Below are positions 7,011-16,276 of a stretch of DNA of 64,000 bases, one piece after another. A program made the position numbers and the translations under genes. The first letter of the stretch is position 1. Every line of letters begins with the position of its first letter. This stretch comes from a virus, in the IMG/VR virus record IMGVR_UViG_3300046559_000446, positions 64,001 to 128,000 of that record; one strand, written 5' to 3'. Below the pieces are notes generated by a model. The model ran no database searches. It saw only the letters and a program-made list of their open reading frames with translations, and had not been told where the DNA came from.

Positions 7011-8444
7011 GTGACCGAAACGCTCTCCGAACAAATTTTAACTCCCACCCTTCGTCCCCATCAGCTAGAAGCCGTTGATACTCTCGCCAACTCCCAGGAA
7101 ATAACAGCATACGCCGAAATGTCGGTCGCCTCCGGAAAATCGCTCGTCATGGCGAAATTGGGCGAGCGGGCGCTTGCCAACACCCGCGTCGTAATTATCG
7201 CGCACACGGAAGAACTGGTGAAGCAGGACGCCGCCGCCTGCCGGTGGATCGGCCAGGATCCGGCCATCTGTAGCGCCGGCCTTAACGAAATGAGGACTGA
7301 TGGCCGGCTTACCGTCGGCACTATCGGCACTATTGCGAATCGGCTCGATCATTTCAGGGATGTCGGCCTGGTCATCATCGACGAGATCCACCGCGCCCGT
7401 ATGACGCCATATAAAGATGGCACGGTATCAGAATATCTGAAGGTGCAGCAGGCGCTGCCGCAAGCCTGGTTTCGCGGCGTCACCGCCACCGGCTGGCGCG
7501 AGGATGGCACCGGATCGCTCAAAAATACGTTCGGCCCCTGCCTCTACGAATACGGTTTCCTGAAAGCCCTTGAGGATGGTTTCGTCAAGATGCTGCGCGC
7601 GGTCGCCGCCGACGCCCCCGACATCGACACCAAAGGCTTGAAGGTCAACTCCCTGGGCGAATGGGGCGGGCAGGAACTGACCCATCGCGGCGTAGCGTTG
7701 GCGCCGCTCCATGTCGCGAGCCTGGTCAAGGTCATGCGCGAGGAAGAGCGGACCAGGTGCCTGATCTTTGCGTGTGACATCGAGCATGCGAATGTGCTGG
7801 AGCGCGAATACAGAAAGCTGGGCATCGACGCACGGGCCGTCCACACCGGCGTCGGCGGTCGCGTCGAAAATGTCGAGGCTTTTCGCAGGGGCGAATTTCC
7901 CGTCATGATCTCGGTCGCCATGTTTAATACGGGGTTCGATGTCCCCGATATTGACATGATGGGCTTCTGCCGCCCGATGAAATCCAGTTTGCTTTATGCA
8001 CAATCCCTGGGGCGCGGCGCTCGCCTGTCCGAATACGCCGATGATTGCGCCGTGGTTGATTTTGGCGGCAACATCATTCGGCACGGCGCCCTTGATATGA
8101 TCGAGCCGCCGAAACAGCGGGCGCCGAGCGGCGGGAAGCCTGAAGAGGAAAGAGAAAAACTGCCGGCGATGAAGCGGGCCGTCGGCGGCGATCTGCGCAA
8201 TGCCGCAAAGGAGGGCGTATTACTATCAAATCAGGGCAAACCGCAGTGGACGAAGCCAAACGGCGTCCCGATCTTTCTGCCGCAGCGCGGTTTTTGGATC
8301 GTCCCGACAAAGCTCGGCAAGGCGCGCTGGTTCTCGCGCGCTTATCCAAACGACGTCGAGCACCTTTATTGCGAGTATAGGGGAAAATACGGCTGGACGG
8401 CGCGCGGCGCTGTCGATAATGTGGGCATCCTTCACAAAGCGTGA
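7011..8444 (+). CDS. Superfamily 2 DNA helicase (DEAD/RadD-like)
   Basis: Motif I variant SVASGKS, motif II IIDEIH, motif III VTATG, FNTGFDVP and QSLGRGAR; GTG at 7011 after GAGGA. Confidence 0.85.
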   Translation: MTETLSEQILTPTLRPHQLEAVDTLANSQEITAYAEMSVASGKSLVMAKLGERALANTRVVIIAHTEELVKQDAAACRWIGQDPAICSAGLNEMRTDGRLTVGTIGTIANRLDHFRDVGLVIIDEIHRARMTPYKDGTVSEYLKVQQALPQAWFRGVTATGWREDGTGSLKNTFGPCLYEYGFLKALEDGFVKMLRAVAADAPDIDTKGLKVNSLGEWGGQELTHRGVALAPLHVASLVKVMREEERTRCLIFACDIEHANVLEREYRKLGIDARAVHTGVGGRVENVEAFRRGEFPVMISVAMFNTGFDVPDIDMMGFCRPMKSSLLYAQSLGRGARLSEYADDCAVVDFGGNIIRHGALDMIEPPKQRAPSGGKPEEEREKLPAMKRAVGGDLRNAAKEGVLLSNQGKPQWTKPNGVPIFLPQRGFWIVPTKLGKARWFSRAYPNDVEHLYCEYRGKYGWTARGAVDNVGILHKA

Positions 8445-9064
8445 AACAACCGAATACAGAAAAGGGCTATAAAATGGGTAAATTTACAATTTCTGGCATC
8501 ACGAAGCCGGGTGACAGCTTTCTTTTCGAGAGCGACAATCTCAATGAAGTTCTCGACGCCATCGACATCATGCGCGGTTCTGTGACTGCCAGTGAGCGTG
8601 AACAGCTTGCTGCGGCTGGCGCCTTCGAACCGCCTGCGCAACAGGCCCAGCAGACCTACCAGGCTTCGACCCAGCAGGCTCAGGCTGCTCCTACCGCTCC
8701 TGCCGAACCGCCGAAGCGCACCCGCACCCGCAAGGCCGCCGAGGCCCCGGCGCCCGTGCAGCCGCAGGATGCTCCCCAGACCCAGCAGCCGGCCAGCCCG
8801 TTCGCGAACGCCAATGCGCCCTTTGCGCCGGCGCCCGATCACACTTCGAACGGCGCCACCGAGCGGCCTGCGGTCGTCAAGTTGAAGACGCATCTGGCTG
8901 CTCTCGCCGCCGCGCATGGCGAGGGCCAGGTCTATTCCTGGGCCATCCAGAACGCTTTCAACCTGCCGGTCGAGACGACCAAGGATGTCTTTCTCAACGA
9001 GAAGATCTACGGTTTCACCGACGACCGGCTTGAGGCGGCGTATCGCATGAGCGGCGGTCAGTAA
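8441..9064 (+). CDS. Hypothetical replication-module protein with Ala/Pro/Gln-rich linker
   Basis: Coupled to the helicase stop; high-expression codon style. Confidence 0.75.
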   Translation: MKQPNTEKGYKMGKFTISGITKPGDSFLFESDNLNEVLDAIDIMRGSVTASEREQLAAAGAFEPPAQQAQQTYQASTQQAQAAPTAPAEPPKRTRTRKAAEAPAPVQPQDAPQTQQPASPFANANAPFAPAPDHTSNGATERPAVVKLKTHLAALAAAHGEGQVYSWAIQNAFNLPVETTKDVFLNEKIYGFTDDRLEAAYRMSGGQ

Positions 9065-9083
9065 TCACTGATCGCACGAATAG

Positions 9084-9113
9084 AGGGGGTCCATTCGTGC
9101 GGCCCCCTTTTTT
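9084..9113 (+). terminator. Rho-independent terminator
   Basis: AGGGGGTC...GGCCCCCT stem followed by TTTTT. Confidence 0.7.
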
Positions 9114-9136
9114 AACATCCAAAAACAGGAAACCCC

Positions 9137-10138
9137 ATGTCAGCCCACGCCAATTTTGCGCCCTCGTCCGCCGCCAGGTGGCTCGAATGTCCCTTCAGCG
9201 CCATGATCAGCGCCACCCTCCCAAATCACGATAGCGACGCCTCCCGCGAGGGCACCCGCGTCCACACCCTGATCGAGAAGGCCATCGCCGGCGAACCGAT
9301 CCCCGAAAGTGAAGACGAGGACGTTGCTTACGGCATCGAAATGGTGCTCGATTTTGTCAATCAACTCGGCGGTCTGAAGACCGTTTTGGCCGAGCAGAAA
9401 GTACACCTGTCGAAAGACGTGTGGGGGACCGTCGATATCTTACAGCCCGATCCTTACGTCACGACCCTCCTGGACTATAAAAACGGCCAGATGGACGTCG
9501 CCGCCGACCGCAACATGCAGTTGATGACCTATGCGGCGGCGACGCTTGAAGAGAAGGGGCCTTCGAAGTTTTACCGCCTGGTGATCGTGCAGCCGAACAG
9601 CCGCACCGCCGGCGATCAGCGCGATGTCAAGCAGAGCCTGGTTCCGCTCGCCCTGGTCGAGGAACATCGTGAAAAGGTGCTGGCGGCGGTCGAGCGCGGC
9701 ATGCACGGCGAGGGGCCGAAGCCTGGCCGGCATTGCCGCTACTGCTCGGCCTTTGGCAACTGCGAAGCCACGCAGCAGATGTTGCCTTTCATCATGACGG
9801 CGGTCCGGATGCTGCCGCACGAGATCCCCAACGCCACCGCCGTCCGCATGCTGACCGTGCTCCGGGGCCTGGAAGACATGCGCAAGGCCCTGGAGAAGGA
9901 TATCGTCACCCGATTCGCTTCCGGCCAGCAGGTGCCCGGCGCCCAAATGGGCATGACCTCGACCCATCGCAAATGGGGCGACGACCGCATGGCGGTCGAG
10001 AAGCTGATCGCAGCCTATGGCCTGAACGGCGTCGATCCGATCAGCCCGGCCCAGGCCGAGAAAATGGGTTCAGCCGGCGTGGAGTTAGCGAAGACGCTGG
10101 CCTTCAAGCCCACGGGAAGCCCCAAACTGATTTATTGA
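9137..10138 (+). CDS. Cas4-like PD-(D/E)xK exonuclease (DUF2800-like)
   Basis: HANFAPSSAARWLECP N-terminus, EGTRVH, WGTVD...LDYKNG, QLMTYA, CRYC. Confidence 0.85.
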   Translation: MSAHANFAPSSAARWLECPFSAMISATLPNHDSDASREGTRVHTLIEKAIAGEPIPESEDEDVAYGIEMVLDFVNQLGGLKTVLAEQKVHLSKDVWGTVDILQPDPYVTTLLDYKNGQMDVAADRNMQLMTYAAATLEEKGPSKFYRLVIVQPNSRTAGDQRDVKQSLVPLALVEEHREKVLAAVERGMHGEGPKPGRHCRYCSAFGNCEATQQMLPFIMTAVRMLPHEIPNATAVRMLTVLRGLEDMRKALEKDIVTRFASGQQVPGAQMGMTSTHRKWGDDRMAVEKLIAAYGLNGVDPISPAQAEKMGSAGVELAKTLAFKPTGSPKLIY

Positions 10139-10145
10139 TGGAGCA

Positions 10146-10175
10146 TTGACAGCCGAACACGCTCGTGCCAATCTA
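10146..10175 (+). promoter_or_regulatory. Promoter with CGAACACG spacer box
   Basis: TTGACA-gc-CGAACACG upstream of the SSB gene; -10 weak. Confidence 0.55.
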
Positions 10176-10232
10176 CGTGAGTAAATGTAAAGCGTAACCG
10201 TGCAACCAAGCAAACTGTGAAAGGGCGCCTCT

Positions 10233-10976
10233 ATGGCCCGCGAACTGCAAAAAGTCATCCTCATGAATGCCCAGCTTGTCTACACCAATCGCCTGTACGA
10301 GGCAGAAACGGTGGACATGGCCGGCGCTCCGCTCAAAAAGCCAACCTGGTCTGTGAGCCTCCGCTATCCCAAAACCACCCAGAACTGGTTCGACGAGCCG
10401 CTGCTGTTGGCCCTCCGCAATGCCTGCGGCGTCATCAAGAGCCGCGAAATGGCTCACGTTCCTTTCGAGCGGATCGAGTTCCCCGTCAAAGACGGCTCCC
10501 TCCCCAACAAAAAGAACAAGATCCCGTCCTGGGCGAAGGATCACTGGATCATCCGCGCCAATACGACGATCAAGCGGCCTCTGGTCGAGCAGCGCGTCGA
10601 TGGCGTCGTCACCCCGCTGGAGGCGATCCAGCTTGGCGGAACGCGCCTCTGGGGCGACGGCGACTACGCCGGCGTCGTCATGTCCGTCGCCAAGCGCATG
10701 ACCGATGATATCGGCATCAAGTGCTATCTCCAGAGCGTCTGTTTCATGGCGCACGGCGAGCCTCTCAACACGGCGGGCGAACCCACTGACTGGGATGTCG
10801 CGATCAGCCAGGCTGCGGAGCACGGCATCAACATCAAGGCCGACGCCCCCGGCTTCAATGCCGGTGGATTTCCGCCGGCCAGCAACGGCGCGGCGCCGCC
10901 CTTCGCTCCGTTCAATCCGACCGGTGGCCCGTCGCCGTTCAGCGGCGCCGGTCCCAAGGCCGCCGATCCCTTCTAA
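10233..10976 (+). CDS. Single-stranded DNA-binding protein (DUF2815-like)
   Basis: Lies between the DUF2800-like gene and the polymerase; FPVKDG, GIKCYLQSVCF motifs; acidic/Pro tail ending DPF. Confidence 0.7.
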   Translation: MARELQKVILMNAQLVYTNRLYEAETVDMAGAPLKKPTWSVSLRYPKTTQNWFDEPLLLALRNACGVIKSREMAHVPFERIEFPVKDGSLPNKKNKIPSWAKDHWIIRANTTIKRPLVEQRVDGVVTPLEAIQLGGTRLWGDGDYAGVVMSVAKRMTDDIGIKCYLQSVCFMAHGEPLNTAGEPTDWDVAISQAAEHGINIKADAPGFNAGGFPPASNGAAPPFAPFNPTGGPSPFSGAGPKAADPF

Positions 10977-11000
10977 AATCAAAACCCAATCAAAAAGATG

Positions 11001-11025
11001 CCCCAGCGTTCGCGCTGGGGTTTCT
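11001..11025 (+). terminator. Rho-independent terminator
   Basis: CCCCAGCG-TTCG-CGCTGGGG then TTTCT. Confidence 0.7.
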
Positions 11026-11048
11026 AACTGCGCCCGGAGCTACCCAAA

Positions 11049-11840
11049 ATGCGCCTGCATCAACTCCTAGACTTCAAGAACCAACTGCCTGCTGTTGTTA
11101 GCAATTGGTTCTTGAAGTTCGGACCTGACGTGAAGCAATTCTACTTTGGGGATATCATGTCGATCTCTGGAGACGAGTGGGTCGATCTACAGAATTACGC
11201 CGTTGATCTAGTTGCGTTAGGAAAATTTCAGCTTCCCTTTGAGCATGTGTCATACGCTTATGAGTGTGGCGCCATGCAGATTTTGGGCTGCTTGGAGTTT
11301 AAGAACAATGCGTTTCGTATTGCATTGGCTCGAATGTGGAAAGATGAAATAGGCCGAGCCGCCGTATTTAGTCATTATGCAATAGAAGATCTGGAATGCT
11401 CTAAGGAAATTAAGGGTGTTGGTTGCAAATTACGCGACATAGCTTGTTACCCACCGGTTGAAACAAAAGATCAAGCGACGGAAGCGATTGAAGACGCGCG
11501 CGATCACATGCTCGCGTTCATGGCCCTGACCGTCATGCTGTCGGCCAAAGGCGTCGGGGTTGAAGTCATCCCTGCGCCAGAGAAATTGAACAAGTGCCGA
11601 GCCAAAAAAGGGCGCCCGCCGATCAGTGAAATCCGCACTGTCCACATCCGCATTGGCGGCGAAAAATACACTTTCGCCGGCGAGCGACACGGGCACCACG
11701 CCTCTCCCAGGCTGCACTGGCGTCGCGGCCACATTCGCCGCCTGCCTTCCGGTGGCATCACTAATGTTGTGCCGTGCCTCGTCGGAAATGCGGAGCGCGG
11801 CGTCGTCAAGCACGACTACGACGTGAGGGTCAAGCACTAA
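11049..11840 (+). CDS. Hypothetical phage protein with basic His/Arg C-terminal motif
   Basis: 263-aa ORF ending SPRLHWRRGHIRRL...LVGNAERGVVKHDY; AT-richer N-terminal half. Confidence 0.65.
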   Translation: MRLHQLLDFKNQLPAVVSNWFLKFGPDVKQFYFGDIMSISGDEWVDLQNYAVDLVALGKFQLPFEHVSYAYECGAMQILGCLEFKNNAFRIALARMWKDEIGRAAVFSHYAIEDLECSKEIKGVGCKLRDIACYPPVETKDQATEAIEDARDHMLAFMALTVMLSAKGVGVEVIPAPEKLNKCRAKKGRPPISEIRTVHIRIGGEKYTFAGERHGHHASPRLHWRRGHIRRLPSGGITNVVPCLVGNAERGVVKHDYDVRVKH

Positions 11841-12259
11841 TGGGCGGCAGACGCAGAACAGACGGCGATACGTGCGCCCCTTTGGAAGCATCGACCATTC
11901 GTCTTTTACACCGCAAGATTTTCTTTGCGCTTTACCACTATGGCCCCATGACCGCGCTGCCTGCTTCTCTGGCGGTTGGGAAAACTGAACAGACCGTCAC
12001 TACTCGTTTTGAAGAAATGCTTAAACGTGGCCTCGCTACTAATGCTGGAAAGGCAAAAAATTTGTTTACGAACAGATCTGCCATCGTGCGAAAACTTGTC
12101 ATGGGTCACCCCACCATCCCAACCAGCTTTGCTGAATTTATGACCATGTCAAAGGAATATCGCGCGATCAATCGCGAAGACCGGGAAGCCTTCCGCGCCG
12201 TGTTACGCGGCATGCTTGATGAACTCGATAAATTTGATCAACTGGACGAGGGAAAATGA
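11840..12259 (+). CDS. Hypothetical protein, possible winged helix
   Basis: TAATG coupling with the upstream stop. Confidence 0.5.
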   Translation: MGGRRRTDGDTCAPLEASTIRLLHRKIFFALYHYGPMTALPASLAVGKTEQTVTTRFEEMLKRGLATNAGKAKNLFTNRSAIVRKLVMGHPTIPTSFAEFMTMSKEYRAINREDREAFRAVLRGMLDELDKFDQLDEGK

Positions 12260-12540
12260 CAGACAATCGCGGAGGAACCAGCGGACCAGGAAAATGGGGT
12301 CCGGAAGAGAAAGAATCGGCGGCGAAACAGCGCCGGCGGGTCTGGATGATCATGATCGATTGGGAGTGGCACACCCTCTCCGAATTGCACATCCTGACCG
12401 GCGATCCGGAGGCGTCCGTTTCTGCGCGCCTTCGCGATCTGCGCAAGAAGAAATTCGGCGGATATGACGTGCTGCGCAGGCGTGTTTTGGGCTTGAAGAT
12501 TTACGAATATCGTGTGGTCGAGCCAGCAGGTGGCGCGTGA
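12256..12540 (+). CDS. Small HTH-type protein
   Basis: WHTLSELHILTGDPEASVSARLRDLRKKKFGG; coupled to polA. Confidence 0.65.
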   Translation: MTDNRGGTSGPGKWGPEEKESAAKQRRRVWMIMIDWEWHTLSELHILTGDPEASVSARLRDLRKKKFGGYDVLRRRVLGLKIYEYRVVEPAGGA

Positions 12541-14492
12541 AAAAGCTCTACGTCGATGTCGAAACCCGCTCTAGGGTTGAACTGGGCGACGCCGGCTCCC
12601 GCCGGTATGCCGCCGATCCTTCGACCATGGTCACCACGGCGGCGTGGAAATGGGCGGCGCCGAAGGGCGCCTTTTCGCCGGCGATGACCGCCTGTAACGT
12701 CCCCAGCCTTGCCGGCATGGGGCGGGCCTCGATGGCCGAATTTACCAAGGCCCTGGGCGAGGCCGACACCATCGTCGCCCATCACATCAATTTCGACGTC
12801 AATGTGATTGCGAAGACGCTCGGCCCCTGCGGCATGCGGCTGGAGCAATTCGACTGCACGATGGCGCGCGCCCAGCGCATGAGCCTCCCTGGCGGGCTGG
12901 ACGAGCTATGCCGCGCGCTCGGCGTCCAGGGCAAGACCGTCGGCGGGCGCAAGTTCGTCATGGCGACCTGCAAGCCTAAGCGCGACGGCTCGTGGAACGA
13001 GGATCCGGAAGTCTTTCGACACCTGATCGATTACAACGCCCAGGATATCCACTGCCTTGAGAGCGTCGATGAAATCCTGCCGCCGCTGCCGCCAGAGGAA
13101 ATGGCGATCTGGCGGCGAACCTGGTGGAAAAACGCTCGCGGGTTGCCGCTCGATCTGGAGCTATGTCACCGAATCGCGGCCAAGAAGGCCGAGATCGAGC
13201 GCGAGATCGCCGGCGAGCTATTTGAGATCACCGGCGGCGCCGTCACCGCCCTGACCCAGCGCGCGCGGATCCTGACCTGGCTCAAGACGCAGGGCGTCGA
13301 TATCGGCAACACCCAGCGCGCGACGCTCGAAACCTGGCTCGATCTGGAAACGCTGCCATTTTCCGCCTGGCGGATCCTGACGTATCTTTTCGACAGCGGA
13401 GGCTCGGCGCCGACCAAGGCCCAGGCTTTGCTCGACCGGCAGGTCAACGGCCTGTTTCAGGACGCCACCCGCTATTTCGGCGCTCGATCCGGACGAGGGA
13501 CGTCCGAGGGCGTCAATATGTTCAACATCGCCCGGCCATCAGGCAAATACGACACCGAGACGGTGATCGCGCGGCTGAAAGCGGAGCCAAACGGCGTCTT
13601 CACCAACACCGAGCTATCGGACGTCCTGCGCGGCGCCATTGTTGCTCCACAGGGCGACGTGGTGATCGACGCCGATCTGTCCAACATCGAGCTACGCCTG
13701 TCGCTGTGGTTCGCCGGCGATCAGGCCAAGCTGGACCTGCTCGCCAAGGGAGACGACCTTTACGCCAAAACCGCCGGCAATTCGATGGGGGTTCCGGGAT
13801 TGACTAAAAACAGCCATCCCAAAGAGCGCCAGGCCTACAAAAAAGTGGTGCTGTCGGGCGGCTACGGGATCGGCATCGACAAGCTTTTCCGCACCTTCAA
13901 GGTCGATAAAGACCTGCCCTACGAGTACAGGCGCGACATCACCTATGATCAGGTCGCCGCGATCCACCGAGGCTATCGGGCCGATAATGTCCCTCTGCAA
14001 AAATCCTGGTACGCCCTGGGCGACGCCATGAAGCTGGCCCTGCGCGAGCGCGGGCGGGTGATCGAGGTCTGCGACGGCAAGATCGCCTTTCTCTATCGCG
14101 GCGCCGAGGATGTCATGGCCCTGCGCCTGCCGTCGGGCCGGGTGATCCCACACTATAAGCCTCACCTCGACGAAGAGGGCCAGCTATGCTTCTGGAGGGC
14201 GAAATACGGGCGCATGATGAAATGCCGCACCTGGGGTGGCGCGCTGATGGAGATTGCCTGCCAGAGCGCGGCGCGCGACGTCCTGGTGGCTGTCGAAGCT
14301 GGCATCGAGCAGGAGCTTCCCGACGTGCGCCTGATCCTCGACATCTACGACAGCGTGGTCGCCCTGGCGCCCAAGGCGGTCGCCCAGCAGCGATTGGATC
14401 ACATCTTAACCATCATGCGGCGGACGCCGGCTTGGGCTGTCGGCCTGCCCCTGAACGCTGAGGGCATGATCGCGGCGAGGATGCAAAAATGA
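12537..14492 (+). CDS. polA: DNA polymerase family A with 3'-5' exonuclease
   Basis: ExoI YVDVET, ExoII HHINFD, ExoIII YNAQD; motif A DADLSNIELR, motif B RQAYKKVVLSGGYG, motif C variant DIYDSV. Confidence 0.9.
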   Translation: MKKLYVDVETRSRVELGDAGSRRYAADPSTMVTTAAWKWAAPKGAFSPAMTACNVPSLAGMGRASMAEFTKALGEADTIVAHHINFDVNVIAKTLGPCGMRLEQFDCTMARAQRMSLPGGLDELCRALGVQGKTVGGRKFVMATCKPKRDGSWNEDPEVFRHLIDYNAQDIHCLESVDEILPPLPPEEMAIWRRTWWKNARGLPLDLELCHRIAAKKAEIEREIAGELFEITGGAVTALTQRARILTWLKTQGVDIGNTQRATLETWLDLETLPFSAWRILTYLFDSGGSAPTKAQALLDRQVNGLFQDATRYFGARSGRGTSEGVNMFNIARPSGKYDTETVIARLKAEPNGVFTNTELSDVLRGAIVAPQGDVVIDADLSNIELRLSLWFAGDQAKLDLLAKGDDLYAKTAGNSMGVPGLTKNSHPKERQAYKKVVLSGGYGIGIDKLFRTFKVDKDLPYEYRRDITYDQVAAIHRGYRADNVPLQKSWYALGDAMKLALRERGRVIEVCDGKIAFLYRGAEDVMALRLPSGRVIPHYKPHLDEEGQLCFWRAKYGRMMKCRTWGGALMEIACQSAARDVLVAVEAGIEQELPDVRLILDIYDSVVALAPKAVAQQRLDHILTIMRRTPAWAVGLPLNAEGMIAARMQK

Positions 14493-14656
14493 GGATTAAT
14501 ATGGATGGAGCGCGACAGGACAGGCTCACCATCGAATCAGGAGAATTTGCTGATCGGGAGGCGTTCGAAAAATGGATTAAACAGCTAAACACCGCTGCCG
14601 CCATCCTGTGGGGGCCGGCGCCCAAGAAAACGAAAAAATCCGTGGAGCCGAAATGA
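14489..14656 (+). CDS. Hypothetical 55-aa protein (below ORF-track cutoff)
   Basis: ATGA overlaps with the polA stop and with the next gene; MRINMDGARQDRLTIESGEF...SVEPK. Confidence 0.5.
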   Translation: MRINMDGARQDRLTIESGEFADREAFEKWIKQLNTAAAILWGPAPKKTKKSVEPK

Positions 14657-14817
14657 ACGACGGCGACATGCACTGGTATCGGTATGTCCCCTGGGCGCTG
14701 GTGGAGGCCTATCAGGCGCTCGGCTGGGTGCTGGAAGGCGACATGGGGCCGGTCATGCGCGTCTACCGCGCCATCATGCGCTGGGCGGGCCAGGGCGAAC
14801 CCGTGGAGCCGAAATGA
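14640..14817 (+). repeat. 17-bp direct repeat CCGTGGAGCCGAAATGA
   Basis: Identical copies at 14640-14656 and 14801-14817. Confidence 0.85.
14653..14817 (+). CDS. Hypothetical 54-aa protein
   Basis: GGAG RBS with ATGA coupling; WYRYVPW...GW..EG pattern. Confidence 0.55.
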   Translation: MNDGDMHWYRYVPWALVEAYQALGWVLEGDMGPVMRVYRAIMRWAGQGEPVEPK

Positions 14818-15818
14818 GATATTTGAGCGTCGCGAGCGGGATCGAGGGCGCCACGGTCGCCTGGGGGCCGCTCGGCTGGGAGCCGGTGGCCTTTGCCGAG
14901 ATCAATCCGGCGGCGACCGCGATCCTGACGCGCCACTATCCAAAAGTGCCGAACTTTGGCGACATGACCCGGCTGTTCACGCCGGCGCTGGGGCCGGTCG
15001 ATCTGCTTGTCGGCGGGACACCATGCCAGGCCTTTTCCGTTGCCGGCGTCCGCCGGGGCCTCGATGACGCGCGCGGCAACCTGGCCCTCGCATTTGTGGA
15101 GTTAGCGCATGAACTCGCCCGAAAAAACGGCCTCCGGAATTGCCTGTGGGAAAACGTCCCCGGCGTCCTCTCAATGCGAGACAACGCCTTTGGCTGTTTC
15201 CTGGGAGGCCTTGTCGGCGGCGACGCCATCGTTCTGCCAGGAGGCGGAAGGTGGCCCGATCAAGGTATGGCTTCCGGTCCCAGGGGACGCCTTTGCTGGC
15301 GTGTGCTCGACGCTCAACATTTCGGCCTCGCCCAACGACGCCGTCGCCTGTTCGTTGTCGTCGATTTTGGAGGTGGGGCCGATCCCGCTGCAGTTTTATT
15401 TGAGCGCGCAGGTCTGCATAAACATCCTGCGCAAGCGCAAGATGCTCCCTTTCCTGCTGTACCGGGCGCTAATACACCAGGCGCTCAGGATGGGGAGCAA
15501 CCCTTCACTCTCGCCATCAGGGGGCGCAAGGACGGCGCGCAGATAGAATGGCGGCAGGATGGCCTGGCCAATGTGCTGCTGACGCCCAGCGGGGGCCGGG
15601 CCGGCATAGGCGTCGGCGCTATTTGTGTTGACGATACATTGCGGCGGTTCACGCCGACCGAGGCCGAGCGGCTGATGGGCTTTCCTGACGGTTATACCGG
15701 CGGCCAGGCCGATTCGGATCGATACCGGCAGCTTGGCAACTCATTTCCGATCCCCGTATTACGCTGGATCGGACGGCGCTTTGAAAATAATTTTGAAAAA
15801 ATGCAAAAAGGTGTTTGA
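14814..15818 (+). CDS. dcm: DNA (cytosine-5) methyltransferase
   Basis: Motif I SVASGIEG, motif IV GGTPCQAFS, motif VI WENVPG, motif VIII AQRRRRLF, IX RRFTPTEAERLMGFP, X LGNSF. Confidence 0.92.
   Translation: MRYLSVASGIEGATVAWGPLGWEPVAFAEINPAATAILTRHYPKVPNFGDMTRLFTPALGPVDLLVGGTPCQAFSVAGVRRGLDDARGNLALAFVELAHELARKNGLRNCLWENVPGVLSMRDNAFGCFLGGLVGGDAIVLPGGGRWPDQGMASGPRGRLCWRVLDAQHFGLAQRRRRLFVVVDFGGGADPAAVLFERAGLHKHPAQAQDAPFPAVPGANTPGAQDGEQPFTLAIRGRKDGAQIEWRQDGLANVLLTPSGGRAGIGVGAICVDDTLRRFTPTEAERLMGFPDGYTGGQADSDRYRQLGNSFPIPVLRWIGRRFENNFEKMQKGV
15109..15546 (+). CDS. Out-of-frame ORF nested in dcm; probable second (beta-type) methyltransferase polypeptide
   Basis: Own GGAG RBS 7 nt before the ATG; contains CSLSSILE...FYLS...NILRKR, a segment absent from the main frame. 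Confidence 0.6.
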   Translation: MNSPEKTASGIACGKTSPASSQCETTPLAVSWEALSAATPSFCQEAEGGPIKVWLPVPGDAFAGVCSTLNISASPNDAVACSLSSILEVGPIPLQFYLSAQVCINILRKRKMLPFLLYRALIHQALRMGSNPSLSPSGGARTARR

Positions 15819-15855
15819 CAACCGAACACGCCATGTCCTATAAGGGGTCATCAGC
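15815..15855 (+). promoter_or_regulatory. Strong early promoter cassette, copy 1
   Basis: TTGACA-ac-CGAACACG-ccatgtcc-TATAAG-gggtcatcagc with an A/T-rich UP-like tract. Confidence 0.8.
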
Positions 15856-15896
15856 GGACGGGAATTGACCCGCCGCTCTCTCCAGGGGCCAAGACC

Positions 15897-16202
15897 ATGA
15901 ACCACACTCTCGCTGATCGTTACCAGGCCGCCAAGGCCGTCGCCGCCAAGGCCGATGCCGAGGTCAAGGCGCTCCACGCCGAACTGCTCGCTCTGGGCCA
16001 GCCGGTGGTCGAGGGCCAGCGTTGCACGATCAAGATCGCGGACGCTCCCAAGGACAGCCTGACCAAGGAAATGCTCGTCGGTGAGTTCGGCCTCGACTGG
16101 TACAAGGCTCGCGCCAAGACCATCGAAGGCAAGCGCGTCACCATCATCGCCAAGGCCATGCAGACCTTGGTCGTCAAGGCGCTGGAGGAAATCAGCGCCT
16201 GA
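15897..16202 (+). CDS. Hypothetical early protein
   Basis: First ORF after the promoter; RBS AGGGG. Confidence 0.7.
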   Translation: MNHTLADRYQAAKAVAAKADAEVKALHAELLALGQPVVEGQRCTIKIADAPKDSLTKEMLVGEFGLDWYKARAKTIEGKRVTIIAKAMQTLVVKALEEISA

Positions 16203-16276
16203 TTGAAGTCTCAGTGCGGTGGGGGTTTAGGCGCCCCCATTTCGCGGACACTTTCGTCCGACCAAGAGGAACACGC

